DNA from: an uncultured Chthonomonadaceae bacterium
GTDB taxonomy: Bacteria > Armatimonadota > Chthonomonadetes > Chthonomonadales > Chthonomonadaceae
Assembly: GCA_963835065.1 (NCBI GenBank)
Contig: CAWIEK010000044.1
Location: 64,001 to 128,000 of the forward strand
DNA length: 64,000 nt
Direction of reading: 5' to 3'
Part shown: piece by piece, positions 10,862 through 19,632 of the stretch
Numbering within the stretch: position 1 is the first letter of the stretch
Layout of the letters: each line of letters opens with the position of its first letter
Notes under the pieces: model-generated
The model's database searches: none
Told to the model about the DNA's origin: nothing
Seen by the model: only the letters and a program-made list of their open reading frames with translations
Translations under genes and position numbers: made by a program

Positions 10862-10878
10862 TACTTTGAGGAGGCAAT

Positions 10879-12360
10879 ATGCCGCTTACGCTTATTGATA
10901 AAACGCCGGGCGATCCATTAAGGTCGCAGGATTGGAACGCGCACGTCCATGAGACGCAGCGCCTGGATCAAGCCAAAGTGGATCGCAAAGGCGACACCAT
11001 CACGGGTGACCTGACCATCAATGGCGCGCTGACAGCCGTCGCCAATGTCACCATTACCGGCGCGCTGACCGCCGCCGCTAACGCCACTATCAACGGCGCG
11101 CTAACGGCAGTAGGGAACGTCGGCATCGGGGCAGGCGCTCCCGATACGAACCTGACTATTCAGGGCGGGCCAAGTGCGTATTTGAACCTCAAGACCGCGG
11201 GGAATGCGCAGCAACTGCTTATTGGAGCCGATGCCGGGGGCGGCCTCATCTCCACTATGACCAATCACGATCTGCAATTGCGGGCCGGCGGCAACGTGAC
11301 CAGGATGATCGTAAAAGCGAACGGCAATGTCGGTATCGGCGGCGACCCGCAAACCGCTCTGCATGTCTACAACGGCAACATTCGCGTGGATGGAGGCGAG
11401 TACCAGAATTGGGGGCCGCTGGTGCTTCACGCCGACGTAGATAACAGCGGCGACGGTGAATTTCATTTCCGCGGTACGAACAACCAGGAGATGATGACCA
11501 TCCTCGCCAACGGCAATGTGGGGATCGGCACGAACGCGCCAATCGTTCCGCTCCAATTCTCAAGTACTCTGGGCAATAAAATTTGTCTGTGGGGTACGAA
11601 CGCATCGCAGCATTACGGTTTCGGCATTCAGAACTCCACACTGCAAATCTACGGGGATATTGCCGGCACAAGCGTCGCATTTGGGTGGGGCTCCAGCAGC
11701 AACTTTCATGAGACGATGCGGATTCAAGGGGATGGCCGGCTTATCGTTCAAAGCGATTACTACGGCAAAGGGCATGTGTTCCTCCACGCCTTTGAGGGGG
11801 ATGGGGTAAACGGAACAGCCTATGTCCAAGCCCGTGACAACACCGGCAAAACCAGCATCGGGCTGACACTGCGCACCACCATCAGTGGAGGTATTATCGA
11901 GGCCATCAAAATAGACCCGAGCGGCCAGACACATATTGCGTCATTAACGGGCGTCCTAAAACTTTTCCGCATAGACCACCCGGCAAAAGCGGGCTACGAC
12001 CTGGTACACGCCTGCATGGAGGGACCGGAAAACGGCGTTTATTATCGGGGCACGGCGCGGCTTGTGAACGGCGAAGCGATCATTACCCTGCCGGAATACT
12101 TTGAAGCTTTGACGCGCAAAGAAGACCGCACGGTTCAGTTGACGCCACAGGGCGGCAAGCCATTCCTGTTGAGCGCCGAAGAAGTTGTGGACGGGCGCTT
12201 CAAGGCGTATGGAACCGAACCGAACGGCGTATTCTGCTGGGAGGTCAAGGCGGTACGGGCGGATGTCGCGCCGCTGGAAGTCGAGGTCGAAAAGCAGGAG
12301 CCGAGCAGTCTGCGCGCGCAGGAAAGTGGCAATCTGCACTCCGTTGCCGCTAGAGGCTAA
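10879..12360 (+). CDS. Tail fibre protein
   Basis: Short N-terminal anchor (KTPGDPLRSQDWN), repeated GNVGIG beta-shaft motifs, C-terminal FRIDHP...LVHACMEGPENGVYYRG domain. Confidence 0.85.
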   Translation: MPLTLIDKTPGDPLRSQDWNAHVHETQRLDQAKVDRKGDTITGDLTINGALTAVANVTITGALTAAANATINGALTAVGNVGIGAGAPDTNLTIQGGPSAYLNLKTAGNAQQLLIGADAGGGLISTMTNHDLQLRAGGNVTRMIVKANGNVGIGGDPQTALHVYNGNIRVDGGEYQNWGPLVLHADVDNSGDGEFHFRGTNNQEMMTILANGNVGIGTNAPIVPLQFSSTLGNKICLWGTNASQHYGFGIQNSTLQIYGDIAGTSVAFGWGSSSNFHETMRIQGDGRLIVQSDYYGKGHVFLHAFEGDGVNGTAYVQARDNTGKTSIGLTLRTTISGGIIEAIKIDPSGQTHIASLTGVLKLFRIDHPAKAGYDLVHACMEGPENGVYYRGTARLVNGEAIITLPEYFEALTRKEDRTVQLTPQGGKPFLLSAEEVVDGRFKAYGTEPNGVFCWEVKAVRADVAPLEVEVEKQEPSSLRAQESGNLHSVAARG

Positions 12361-12374
12361 AGGAAAAACATACC

Positions 12375-12659
12375 ATGCGAGATCAATTGGAGCGCCGATT
12401 GCAGCAACTGAAGGACGAATACGCGCAGGGCGAAAAAACGCTGGAAAACCTGCAAGCCAAAACATCGGGCGTACAGCGCGTGATGCTGCGCCTGAGCGGA
12501 GCGATTCAGGTGCTGGAAGAGGAACTGGCGGCGGAAAACACCCCACAGCCTTCCGGCAATCATTCGGTTTATTCCGGCAATGGCGCGTCGGAAAACGGCG
12601 CGGAACCCGGCGCGCTTCTTCCGAATTCCGCGCCTGCCGCCCTGCCGGGGAGAATATAG
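12375..12659 (+). CDS. Small coiled-coil protein (possible fibre chaperone)
   Basis: Heptad pattern MRDQLERRLQQLKDEY...LRLSGAIQVLEEEL; RBS present. Confidence 0.6.
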   Translation: MRDQLERRLQQLKDEYAQGEKTLENLQAKTSGVQRVMLRLSGAIQVLEEELAAENTPQPSGNHSVYSGNGASENGAEPGALLPNSAPAALPGRI

Positions 12660-12662
12660 GCC

Positions 12663-13439
12663 ATGCCCGCCAGTATCACCGGCGCCTTCCGCGATCTGCT
12701 GGTCACGTCCCTGCCCGATCTGTTCGGCGGCGACAAGCCCGCCGCGCAGCTTGCCGTCACCGAGGGCAGTTTCGACGTAGACCCGACGTATGCGGAGGTC
12801 AGCGTCAGCGAACCGCGCCCGGACGACCGGACGGAAAACCTGCCGTTCGACCCCGCAAAACCGACCGGGCCGTATACGCTTGCGCAGCCGCCGGCCGCCG
12901 GGCCGCGCCGCGTCAGCCTTGACTCGGAAACGGGCGCGCGAACCCTTTTGGCCGATGAGGAAATCGTGTGGGATGTGGCGGATGGACGCAAATTTACGCT
13001 GCAACTACGTCCGTCCCGCGACCCCAAAACATTCAAAACCGTGCATGCGCTGTACGGCGTGGTCACGGTCACGACGCTGCTGCGGGGGCGGCAAACGCTG
13101 TCGGCGCGCTTGCAGCCTGCCGACGCTTCCCGGCTGGAAGAAACGCTTTCCCTCGTCATGGGCGTGGTCGCGCTGAACCGGCAGGCGCTCATGGACGCCA
13201 CGCGCAGCGATTATGCGGGCAACGGGTACGGGGCGCATGTCAGCGTGAAAAGCCTGCAAATCAAGAGCGCGGCCTACGCCGCCGATTCGGTGACGCTGCT
13301 GTTAGGCGCGGAAGTGGAACTCAAAGCCGAGCGCGCCCTTGCGCCCGACGAAGGCCACGCGATTGTCCGCATCATCACGGCGGGCCGCACAACGGGACAA
13401 ACGCATCCCATTGACATTGACGTAGCATTGGACGTGTGA
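12663..13439 (+). CDS. Hypothetical protein, last gene of the eCIS-like operon (possible cap/terminator-type)
   Basis: 258-aa ORF; N-terminus ITGAFRDLLVTSLPDL weakly recalls Pvc16/Afp16-type caps. Confidence 0.45.
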   Translation: MPASITGAFRDLLVTSLPDLFGGDKPAAQLAVTEGSFDVDPTYAEVSVSEPRPDDRTENLPFDPAKPTGPYTLAQPPAAGPRRVSLDSETGARTLLADEEIVWDVADGRKFTLQLRPSRDPKTFKTVHALYGVVTVTTLLRGRQTLSARLQPADASRLEETLSLVMGVVALNRQALMDATRSDYAGNGYGAHVSVKSLQIKSAAYAADSVTLLLGAEVELKAERALAPDEGHAIVRIITAGRTTGQTHPIDIDVALDV

Positions 13440-13473
13440 TCGCGCCATTGCCGGTAAGCGCAATAGCCGCGTC

Positions 13474-14157
13474 TCATGCCACCCACCCACTCCGCCGCAG
13501 CGCGAAGCCGATGATGAACCCTAAGATCGCCAGGAACAGGAGCATCCACCAGCCTCGGTAGCGGTATTCCGCCTTGACGCGCACTTCCAGGCGGGACTTG
13601 TTGTCGGGGTCTACGCCGTTGTGCGGCCACGCGCCCTGACTGTACAGGCTGTCGGTCAGTTTCAGCGCGATACCTTTGTGGTCGAACACATCGTAGCAGC
13701 ACACCGCGTCAATCTTGCCCGCCGTATGCAGATTTTCCAGCACCTGGCGCACCGGTATCTCCGGGTCCAGTATCCATTCGCTTGTTCCGCCAGGCGTTCG
13801 GATCATATAAGCGTCGCGGGCGAAGGTCAGCGTGATGAAGGAATTTTTCGTGACATCATCCAGCGTATTGGGCGCGTTTTGCCGACGGTTGTAGGGTAAA
13901 AATTTCCCATCCGCCCAGAAGTGCCGGAACAGATCGTTCATCTTTTCCCAGGCTTGCAAATCCGCCTGCTCCGCCATACGCTGCTTGCACTTTTCCTTCA
14001 GCGCGGTCAGGGGCGTCCCGGCAGGAAACTGCCCGATGTTGTAGATTTTGGCGTCCGGGAGCGCGTCCTGTCGTTTGGGCAGGCCGCCCTTTTCCGCCGC
14101 CCGCCCATCCAACTCCGGCAGGTTCACCTTGATATGTATGTCTTCTCGCATGGGCAT
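13474..14157 (-). CDS. Membrane-anchored protein, weakly TssN-like soluble domain with C-terminal TM helix
   Basis: DLFRHF...YNRR...ILDPEIPV recalls the T6SS-iii TssN soluble domain; C-terminal WWMLLFLAILGFIIGFAL TM. Confidence 0.45.
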   Translation of the reverse strand: MPMREDIHIKVNLPELDGRAAEKGGLPKRQDALPDAKIYNIGQFPAGTPLTALKEKCKQRMAEQADLQAWEKMNDLFRHFWADGKFLPYNRRQNAPNTLDDVTKNSFITLTFARDAYMIRTPGGTSEWILDPEIPVRQVLENLHTAGKIDAVCCYDVFDHKGIALKLTDSLYSQGAWPHNGVDPDNKSRLEVRVKAEYRYRGWWMLLFLAILGFIIGFALRRSGWVA

Positions 14158-14188
14158 TGTTCGTCGCTTTTGCTCCTGCGTTCGATTG

Positions 14189-16234
14189 TCACGAACCCTT
14201 GATGCCGCGTTGCTCTTTAAAGGGTTCATCCAATGAGTCTCGATGCCCTTTCCAACTTACAACCGCCCATTTTGGGGAGTGTACGGGGAGTGTTTTGACG
14301 TAACCCCGCAGGTCTTTACGCGCCGTGTCGGGAAGGTTATCCGCATCTACTGCCAGCAAGATATATTCAAGATCCTTCTGTCCGGTGGCATCGATCTGAA
14401 GGGGAACATCGCGTGTGTCACTGTTCTGCCACGCCATCTCGTATGGGTGATGAGTTCCATCTGCTTCGGTCACGTCCTGCTTCCCATCCGGTTCGCGCAG
14501 TACAGGCTCGGCTTCTCCAACCATGTTCTTCATATAGCTCATTATCGGGCGCGCTTTTTCTCCCGAAACGCTGAACAATTGGAAATAGTACTCCTTGAGC
14601 GGGAGTACAAAGGTGAGTTCGCTGGGGCGGCCTTCCTTTCTGGCCTCGACACTCAGAGTGAGTTCAAGAGGATTGTCCGTTCTCAGAACCGATAATCCCG
14701 CCCGCTTACAGAGTTCCTGCATCGCCGTTAACTTCGGCGCGGGAACCTTGATATGAGGGGGGCGCTTTTTAGGCGTGTGGGGATTGACAACCACTCCCCC
14801 CTGTCCCTGCCTGGGATCATGCGTTATGACTCCGCCAGATGGATTTACAGGCACCCCCCCGCTGCCAGGAGAACCCGGCGGCGGTCCGGTAATCGTGGGT
14901 GGAGCAATTAGTGGCCGGATAGGCTGTTGTTGAACCGGTGGCGTTTTATCCGATTCTTTAGGCTTGTCCGGCAGTTTATCTAATTTCAACTCTGCTGCGC
15001 ATGGAACGACATAGTTGTGGTCGTGGAATTTGCGCCGTTCGCTTACGTAAGAGATGTCAACGGGTTCCTGGTGTCCAACAGTGAAATGCTCCTTCATTGC
15101 GCTGGAAATATCAACCAGCAGTTCATAGGGTTCCGTTTCCTGCGAACTCCCACTCCACCCAAACGGCCAGCGATACCAAATATAGCGCTTGGGCAAAAAG
15201 AATTGGTACACATTGTCTCCAAGCGGGCGGCCATGGTAGCGCTTTTCAACAGCGTCCCTGTGTGACAGCAGTTCCACGCCTTGTATATCTTTCGGATTGA
15301 CAACCATGCCCGGAGGTGGTTTTAGCTGCAAATTAACTGTCGCTCCGGCATTTTCCGGGATGCCCCGGAACATCCAGACAAGCGCGCACACCACGAACAA
15401 TCCGCCGCCGATGAGCAGGGGATAGTCGTACCACCAGAGATGCCGGAACGGCACGTAATCTACAAACGTCTGCTGCTCGCAGGGCGCGACAAAGGCCGGG
15501 GAGGCTTCCCTGGGCGGCGTTACGGCAGCGTCGGCGCAAAGCGTGAAATTCTCGTTACGCTCGCGCGGATTGAGTCGGATGGTCACGGGCAGGGTAATGG
15601 AGGTTTCCGGCGCAAGCGCGTACTCCGGCAGCTTGGAAACCTTCGCGCCGTGATCCGGCGTTTCGCCCCGATACACCTGCGGCTTCACGCCCAGTTCCAT
15701 GTACGACCAGTTGCTGACGGTGATCCGCGCTTTGGGCGAGCCAAAGCCCCAGCGATGCCAGGGACGCAAGCGTACAACTTCGGGGGTTAATTCCACGCGC
15801 ACGTCGCGCTGCGTGGGCGGGGGAAACCAGTGGTACGTTTCCGGTTCGCCGATGAGCGAACCCCCATCCTGGGGCGAGTTGGTGTCGTGCTTAAAAAGAG
15901 AAACGACAAATTCACAACTTGCTTCGCGCTGACTAAGCACAACCAGCGTCAGCGTGACCCCCTCTCCCGGAGGCAGCGGAAATTTGTCGCCCGGCTTGAT
16001 ACGCCCCATATTGGAAGTAGTCAGCTCATATTCGCCGGGACTCAAGCCTTCCACGAGAATACTGGCAAACCGCATTTGAACATTCTGGTTTTCAAGCGGC
16101 CAGGTCAGTTCCGTGCCGTTGCCGACAGCGTTTTCATCCAGGCGCGCCGAAGCGCGGCCCCCGGCCCCATACTGAAACGGGCGTTCGGAGGGCCGCTGGC
16201 GGCTTGAAGATCGGGTTCGCGGCTGTATAAGCAT
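14189..16234 (-). CDS. Large single-pass membrane protein with Ig-like N-terminal domains and Pro-rich linker
   Basis: TM LLIGGGLFVVCALVWMF; PPTITGPPPGSPG linker; operonic with the T6SS-like genes. Confidence 0.65.
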   Translation of the reverse strand: MLIQPRTRSSSRQRPSERPFQYGAGGRASARLDENAVGNGTELTWPLENQNVQMRFASILVEGLSPGEYELTTSNMGRIKPGDKFPLPPGEGVTLTLVVLSQREASCEFVVSLFKHDTNSPQDGGSLIGEPETYHWFPPPTQRDVRVELTPEVVRLRPWHRWGFGSPKARITVSNWSYMELGVKPQVYRGETPDHGAKVSKLPEYALAPETSITLPVTIRLNPRERNENFTLCADAAVTPPREASPAFVAPCEQQTFVDYVPFRHLWWYDYPLLIGGGLFVVCALVWMFRGIPENAGATVNLQLKPPPGMVVNPKDIQGVELLSHRDAVEKRYHGRPLGDNVYQFFLPKRYIWYRWPFGWSGSSQETEPYELLVDISSAMKEHFTVGHQEPVDISYVSERRKFHDHNYVVPCAAELKLDKLPDKPKESDKTPPVQQQPIRPLIAPPTITGPPPGSPGSGGVPVNPSGGVITHDPRQGQGGVVVNPHTPKKRPPHIKVPAPKLTAMQELCKRAGLSVLRTDNPLELTLSVEARKEGRPSELTFVLPLKEYYFQLFSVSGEKARPIMSYMKNMVGEAEPVLREPDGKQDVTEADGTHHPYEMAWQNSDTRDVPLQIDATGQKDLEYILLAVDADNLPDTARKDLRGYVKTLPVHSPKWAVVSWKGHRDSLDEPFKEQRGIKGS

Positions 16235-16270
16235 TTTTACTATCTTTACCTTTTTAGTTAATTTGGGCTG

Positions 16271-16777
16271 CTATTGAGGCTTTCTGTCAAAAATCACGGG
16301 ATAGTCGAACGAAAATTTGTCTTCCGGGCTGGCATCCTTACGATAATTCTCAAATTTATCATGCCAGAGTTTGATGTTCTTGTTTCCCTCGCTCGCCAGT
16401 TGCTTTTCCTTCTTATCCAGTAACTCCATGTACTCTTTGCGCGTAGGCCATGTTACTGTGTCTTTCCAAACCTGATAACTTCTATCATCCGGGGTGAACT
16501 CCAGATACTCTTTTTCACCCGAATGTTTACTCAGTTGATAAGGTTTTGATAATGACGGGTCGCTTAAATGCGTCTTGTGTTGGTCCTTGGCTCTGATGGA
16601 GTTACCATCCTTATCAAAACCAAAAAAGAGCAGCGTGATTTTGCCCTGCTGTTGGGGGGGCGGTATGGCCGGCGCCGGCTTCGGAGTCGGCTTGCCAAGC
16701 AGATACCCGATTACGCCGCAGACCGTAAACGCCGCAAACGCTTTTAACCAGAATATATTTGACAGACAGCGTAACAT
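16271..16777 (-). CDS. Small N-terminally anchored membrane protein (TssO-like size and topology)
   Basis: 168 aa; TM WLKAFAAFTVCGVIGYLL followed by a Pro-rich linker. Confidence 0.55.
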   Translation of the reverse strand: MLRCLSNIFWLKAFAAFTVCGVIGYLLGKPTPKPAPAIPPPQQQGKITLLFFGFDKDGNSIRAKDQHKTHLSDPSLSKPYQLSKHSGEKEYLEFTPDDRSYQVWKDTVTWPTRKEYMELLDKKEKQLASEGNKNIKLWHDKFENYRKDASPEDKFSFDYPVIFDRKPQ

Positions 16778-16794
16778 TGTAAGAAGTTCCTTCG

Positions 16795-17886
16795 TTATTT
16801 GTCCGACCGCCAGTTTATCAAACTACGCTTTTTGATGGTGACATCCGGCGCGCTCGCCCCCGGCGACGGCAGAAAAGGTTTTTCCGAGTTGACGACGACA
16901 CCGCCGCCGGGGCCGCTGTCGGGCGTAATGCCGGCCTCCCACTTCTTGTACTCCTCCGCCAACTTGCGCAGCGCTTCCGAGATGAGATACAGCAAATAGC
17001 CCCAGTCGGTTTCCCGCCTTTCCGCTTCCGGGGGAATTTCCCTCAAAGCGACGGCAAGATGCGCCAGTATTTGCATCTGCTGACCATGATGCGGCAGGAG
17101 GAACCGCAGTTCGTTCAGCTGCATCAATATGCGGTACACGCGATTGAGATAAGCGCGCGGACGCTCGCCCCAATCCAGCACAACGTTCGCTTCCATCAGC
17201 GCCGCCGACATAATGCCCGCTTCCGGCTTGTGGTTCACCAGCAGTTTGTTCAGGTGCGTGAGGCAATTTTCCGCTTGTTCCTGTATCTGCTTCACGGCTA
17301 TGATCAAGCGCGGCATACTGTCCAGGCGCAGACATTCGGGAATAAACGTGTCGTCTTCCCGCAGCCCGGTTATGTCGTTGACGAGTCGCCCGATGCACAG
17401 CCAATCCTCGACGTTTTGTTCCGCCCGCGTGGTGGAAAGCAGATAGCGCATTTGCGAGAAACGGCGCGGGATGCGTCCCTGCGACGATTGTTCCCCGATT
17501 GGTTCCATGCCCTCCCGAATCCCTAAATAAACGGCGATTTTGCTGCCCGTCGCCGACGTTTCCGGGGCAAGGTCGCCGACATAGGGCGCGCACAACGGCA
17601 TACCCGCGCTGATGACGATTTCCGCCGGGTAGCCGCTCGGCATGATGGCCCGACATTCCAGCAGCTTCAGCGTACATTCCCAGATACCGCCCCGCGTGTT
17701 GTTTTGATAGCGCGTCAGACTGAAGGCTTCGCGGGGCATTTTCGCAACCCCATACGCGCCCTGCGCCAGCGCCAACAGCCGCAGTTGATCCAAAACAAAC
17801 TCGCGGTCTTCGGTCAGATACTGCCCGCGCATCATTCCGACCGAGTCCCAATACACGGCGTTCAAGTTAATGGCGTCTCTGCTCAC
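16795..17886 (-). CDS. TssK-like baseplate protein
   Basis: N-terminal AVYWDSVGM (TssK V.W..GM), CRAIMPSGY, IGRL....DDTFIPECL. Confidence 0.65.
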   Translation of the reverse strand: MSRDAINLNAVYWDSVGMMRGQYLTEDREFVLDQLRLLALAQGAYGVAKMPREAFSLTRYQNNTRGGIWECTLKLLECRAIMPSGYPAEIVISAGMPLCAPYVGDLAPETSATGSKIAVYLGIREGMEPIGEQSSQGRIPRRFSQMRYLLSTTRAEQNVEDWLCIGRLVNDITGLREDDTFIPECLRLDSMPRLIIAVKQIQEQAENCLTHLNKLLVNHKPEAGIMSAALMEANVVLDWGERPRAYLNRVYRILMQLNELRFLLPHHGQQMQILAHLAVALREIPPEAERRETDWGYLLYLISEALRKLAEEYKKWEAGITPDSGPGGGVVVNSEKPFLPSPGASAPDVTIKKRSLINWRSDK

Positions 17887-17902
17887 GCTTCTCCTCAGAA
17901 AA

Positions 17903-17937
17903 AAGTGGATAGTGGATAGTTAGTTGATAGTTCGTAG
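17903..17937. repeat. Heptamer tract (AGTGGAT/AGTTGAT)n
   Basis: Visible intergenic tandem repeat. Confidence 0.6.
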
Positions 17938-17955
17938 TTGACACAAGACAGACAT

Positions 17956-19632
17956 TTATTTGGCGAGACAGGAGCGCAGGGGAAGCCCCTCGCGCGTCCG
18001 GGGCGCGTTGCCGTCCGCAAGCCAGGCGGTTTCACCGAGAACAGCCGCGTCTACCGCCCATCGGCAGCGCAGCGGCACATGCGCGGGCAGAAACAGCCGC
18101 CCCAAAACTTCCAGCCGTTTATGCGCCTGCTCCGTTTTTGATTCAGCCCAGGCGTTTTCCACTTCGGGGCGGCCCGCCGCCTGCGCTTTCTGTTCTGCCG
18201 TTGCAGTCGCTTCTGCCGTTACAGTCGCTTCTGTCGCTTCTGTGCCTCCTGCCGCTTCTGACGCTTCTTCCGGTTCGGAGGTTTCAAAGCGCTCATGCGG
18301 CAGATACACGATCACTTCGGGCGCGCGCAAAATCGCTTCGCCTTCCAGCATCAGCGTTAATCCCAACTGCGCAAGGGGCGTTCCCATCCGGCTTTCCACG
18401 CTGTGATAGGCTTCCAGGTGGATGCTTGCGTCCTGGGAAACCAGCAGGCGAACGGCGCGGTCGAAAAGCGCGCCCCAATCCGTCACTTCCCGGCGTTTCA
18501 GCAGCAGCGCCCACAAAATGCCCTGCGCTTGCGGTTCGGAAAACAACTGCCAGTCTTCGGGCATCAGTCCCAAAAATCCATCGTCCTTCCAATCCTGCAT
18601 CAGCCGCAGCAGAACGCCATTCAAGTCCAGGCCGCCGAGCAATCCGTTTTGCGCGTAGGGCTTGCTTTTTCGGCCAAGCCAATAGGCCAGCGGGTTTACG
18701 CCCAAAGCCTCCGGCGACTCCCCGGTTTGAAAGGCCGTTAATGTCGCTGCAAAAAAATCCTCAACGGTCAAATCCCAATCGGGCGGCGACCAATCCATCG
18801 GATACGCTGCGCCTTCCAGCATGTCAATTTCGGCCAGGTGCAGAAACATCAGCGTGAAAAACCGCTCCGCCAATCGCGTGGCCGCATCGGTCTGCGTATC
18901 TACATTTTGATCGTCCCAAACAAAGCCGTGCGGGTTGGCGACGGGAATCAGCTGATTGTCGCGCAGCAGCAGGATGTAATCGGAAGGCGTTTGCAGCGCG
19001 GGCGGCGACTGCAATTCCGGGTACTGCGTTCGCCACAGCCGCGCCAGCCATTGCGTGGGAGACATCGCGCCGGGCATCACCATTCCCTGCGCGCCCGGCG
19101 CGTCGGGCGCGGCCAATCCCTGTACGGCAACAAACCCCAACTGCTCCGTCCATTCGTCCGGGCTGCGGTCAATCAGCCACCGGTGCGTTTCCAGGCAGGC
19201 CTGCTCCTGCCGGTTGGGGATCAGACTCGGCGCGAACTGCGTGTCCCAGAGGCTGGCCGCGAGCCGTTCCGCCAATGCGCGCAGTTCCTCCTCCAGGATG
19301 GGCGCAGGCGTTTTGGGCAGTCCGACCTGCATCAGTGGATACAGCCATTGCAGCCGATTGTCGGCCCGTATATTCAGGTCAATAGAGCCGTCCTGGCGCG
19401 CGGCAATCACTTCCGGCTGCGCGAAATGCCCGACATTGGGCGTAACGCGCATCGTTTCCAGCGGGATGCCCTTTTCCCGCAGCAGCAGCACGGCGTACAG
19501 CAGAAAAGCCGGGCCGTTCAAAGCAGAAAAATACTCCAGTTCGTCGTATTTCAATTCCACTTTCGGCGGCGCGGGCTTGCCGGGCGTATTCGCCTGCCCC
19601 GTTGATGCGGCTTCCGTTGGCTCCGGGTTCAT
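17956..19632 (-). CDS. TssG-like baseplate protein (extended)
   Basis: Starts at the ATGA overlap with the upstream gene; C-terminal LGLTLML...LGRLFLPAHV...VLGETAWL resembles TssG ends; lies between TssF-like and TssK-like genes. Confidence 0.5.
   Translation of the reverse strand: MNPEPTEAASTGQANTPGKPAPPKVELKYDELEYFSALNGPAFLLYAVLLLREKGIPLETMRVTPNVGHFAQPEVIAARQDGSIDLNIRADNRLQWLYPLMQVGLPKTPAPILEEELRALAERLAASLWDTQFAPSLIPNRQEQACLETHRWLIDRSPDEWTEQLGFVAVQGLAAPDAPGAQGMVMPGAMSPTQWLARLWRTQYPELQSPPALQTPSDYILLLRDNQLIPVANPHGFVWDDQNVDTQTDAATRLAERFFTLMFLHLAEIDMLEGAAYPMDWSPPDWDLTVEDFFAATLTAFQTGESPEALGVNPLAYWLGRKSKPYAQNGLLGGLDLNGVLLRLMQDWKDDGFLGLMPEDWQLFSEPQAQGILWALLLKRREVTDWGALFDRAVRLLVSQDASIHLEAYHSVESRMGTPLAQLGLTLMLEGEAILRAPEVIVYLPHERFETSEPEEASEAAGGTEATEATVTAEATATAEQKAQAAGRPEVENAWAESKTEQAHKRLEVLGRLFLPAHVPLRCRWAVDAAVLGETAWLADGNAPRTREGLPLRSCLAK

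Noticed and set aside
1..13439. Prophage interpretation of the tail genes
   Set aside because: No capsid, portal, terminase, integrase or lysis genes in the window, and an Rhs cargo is embedded; cannot be fully excluded because the operon starts upstream
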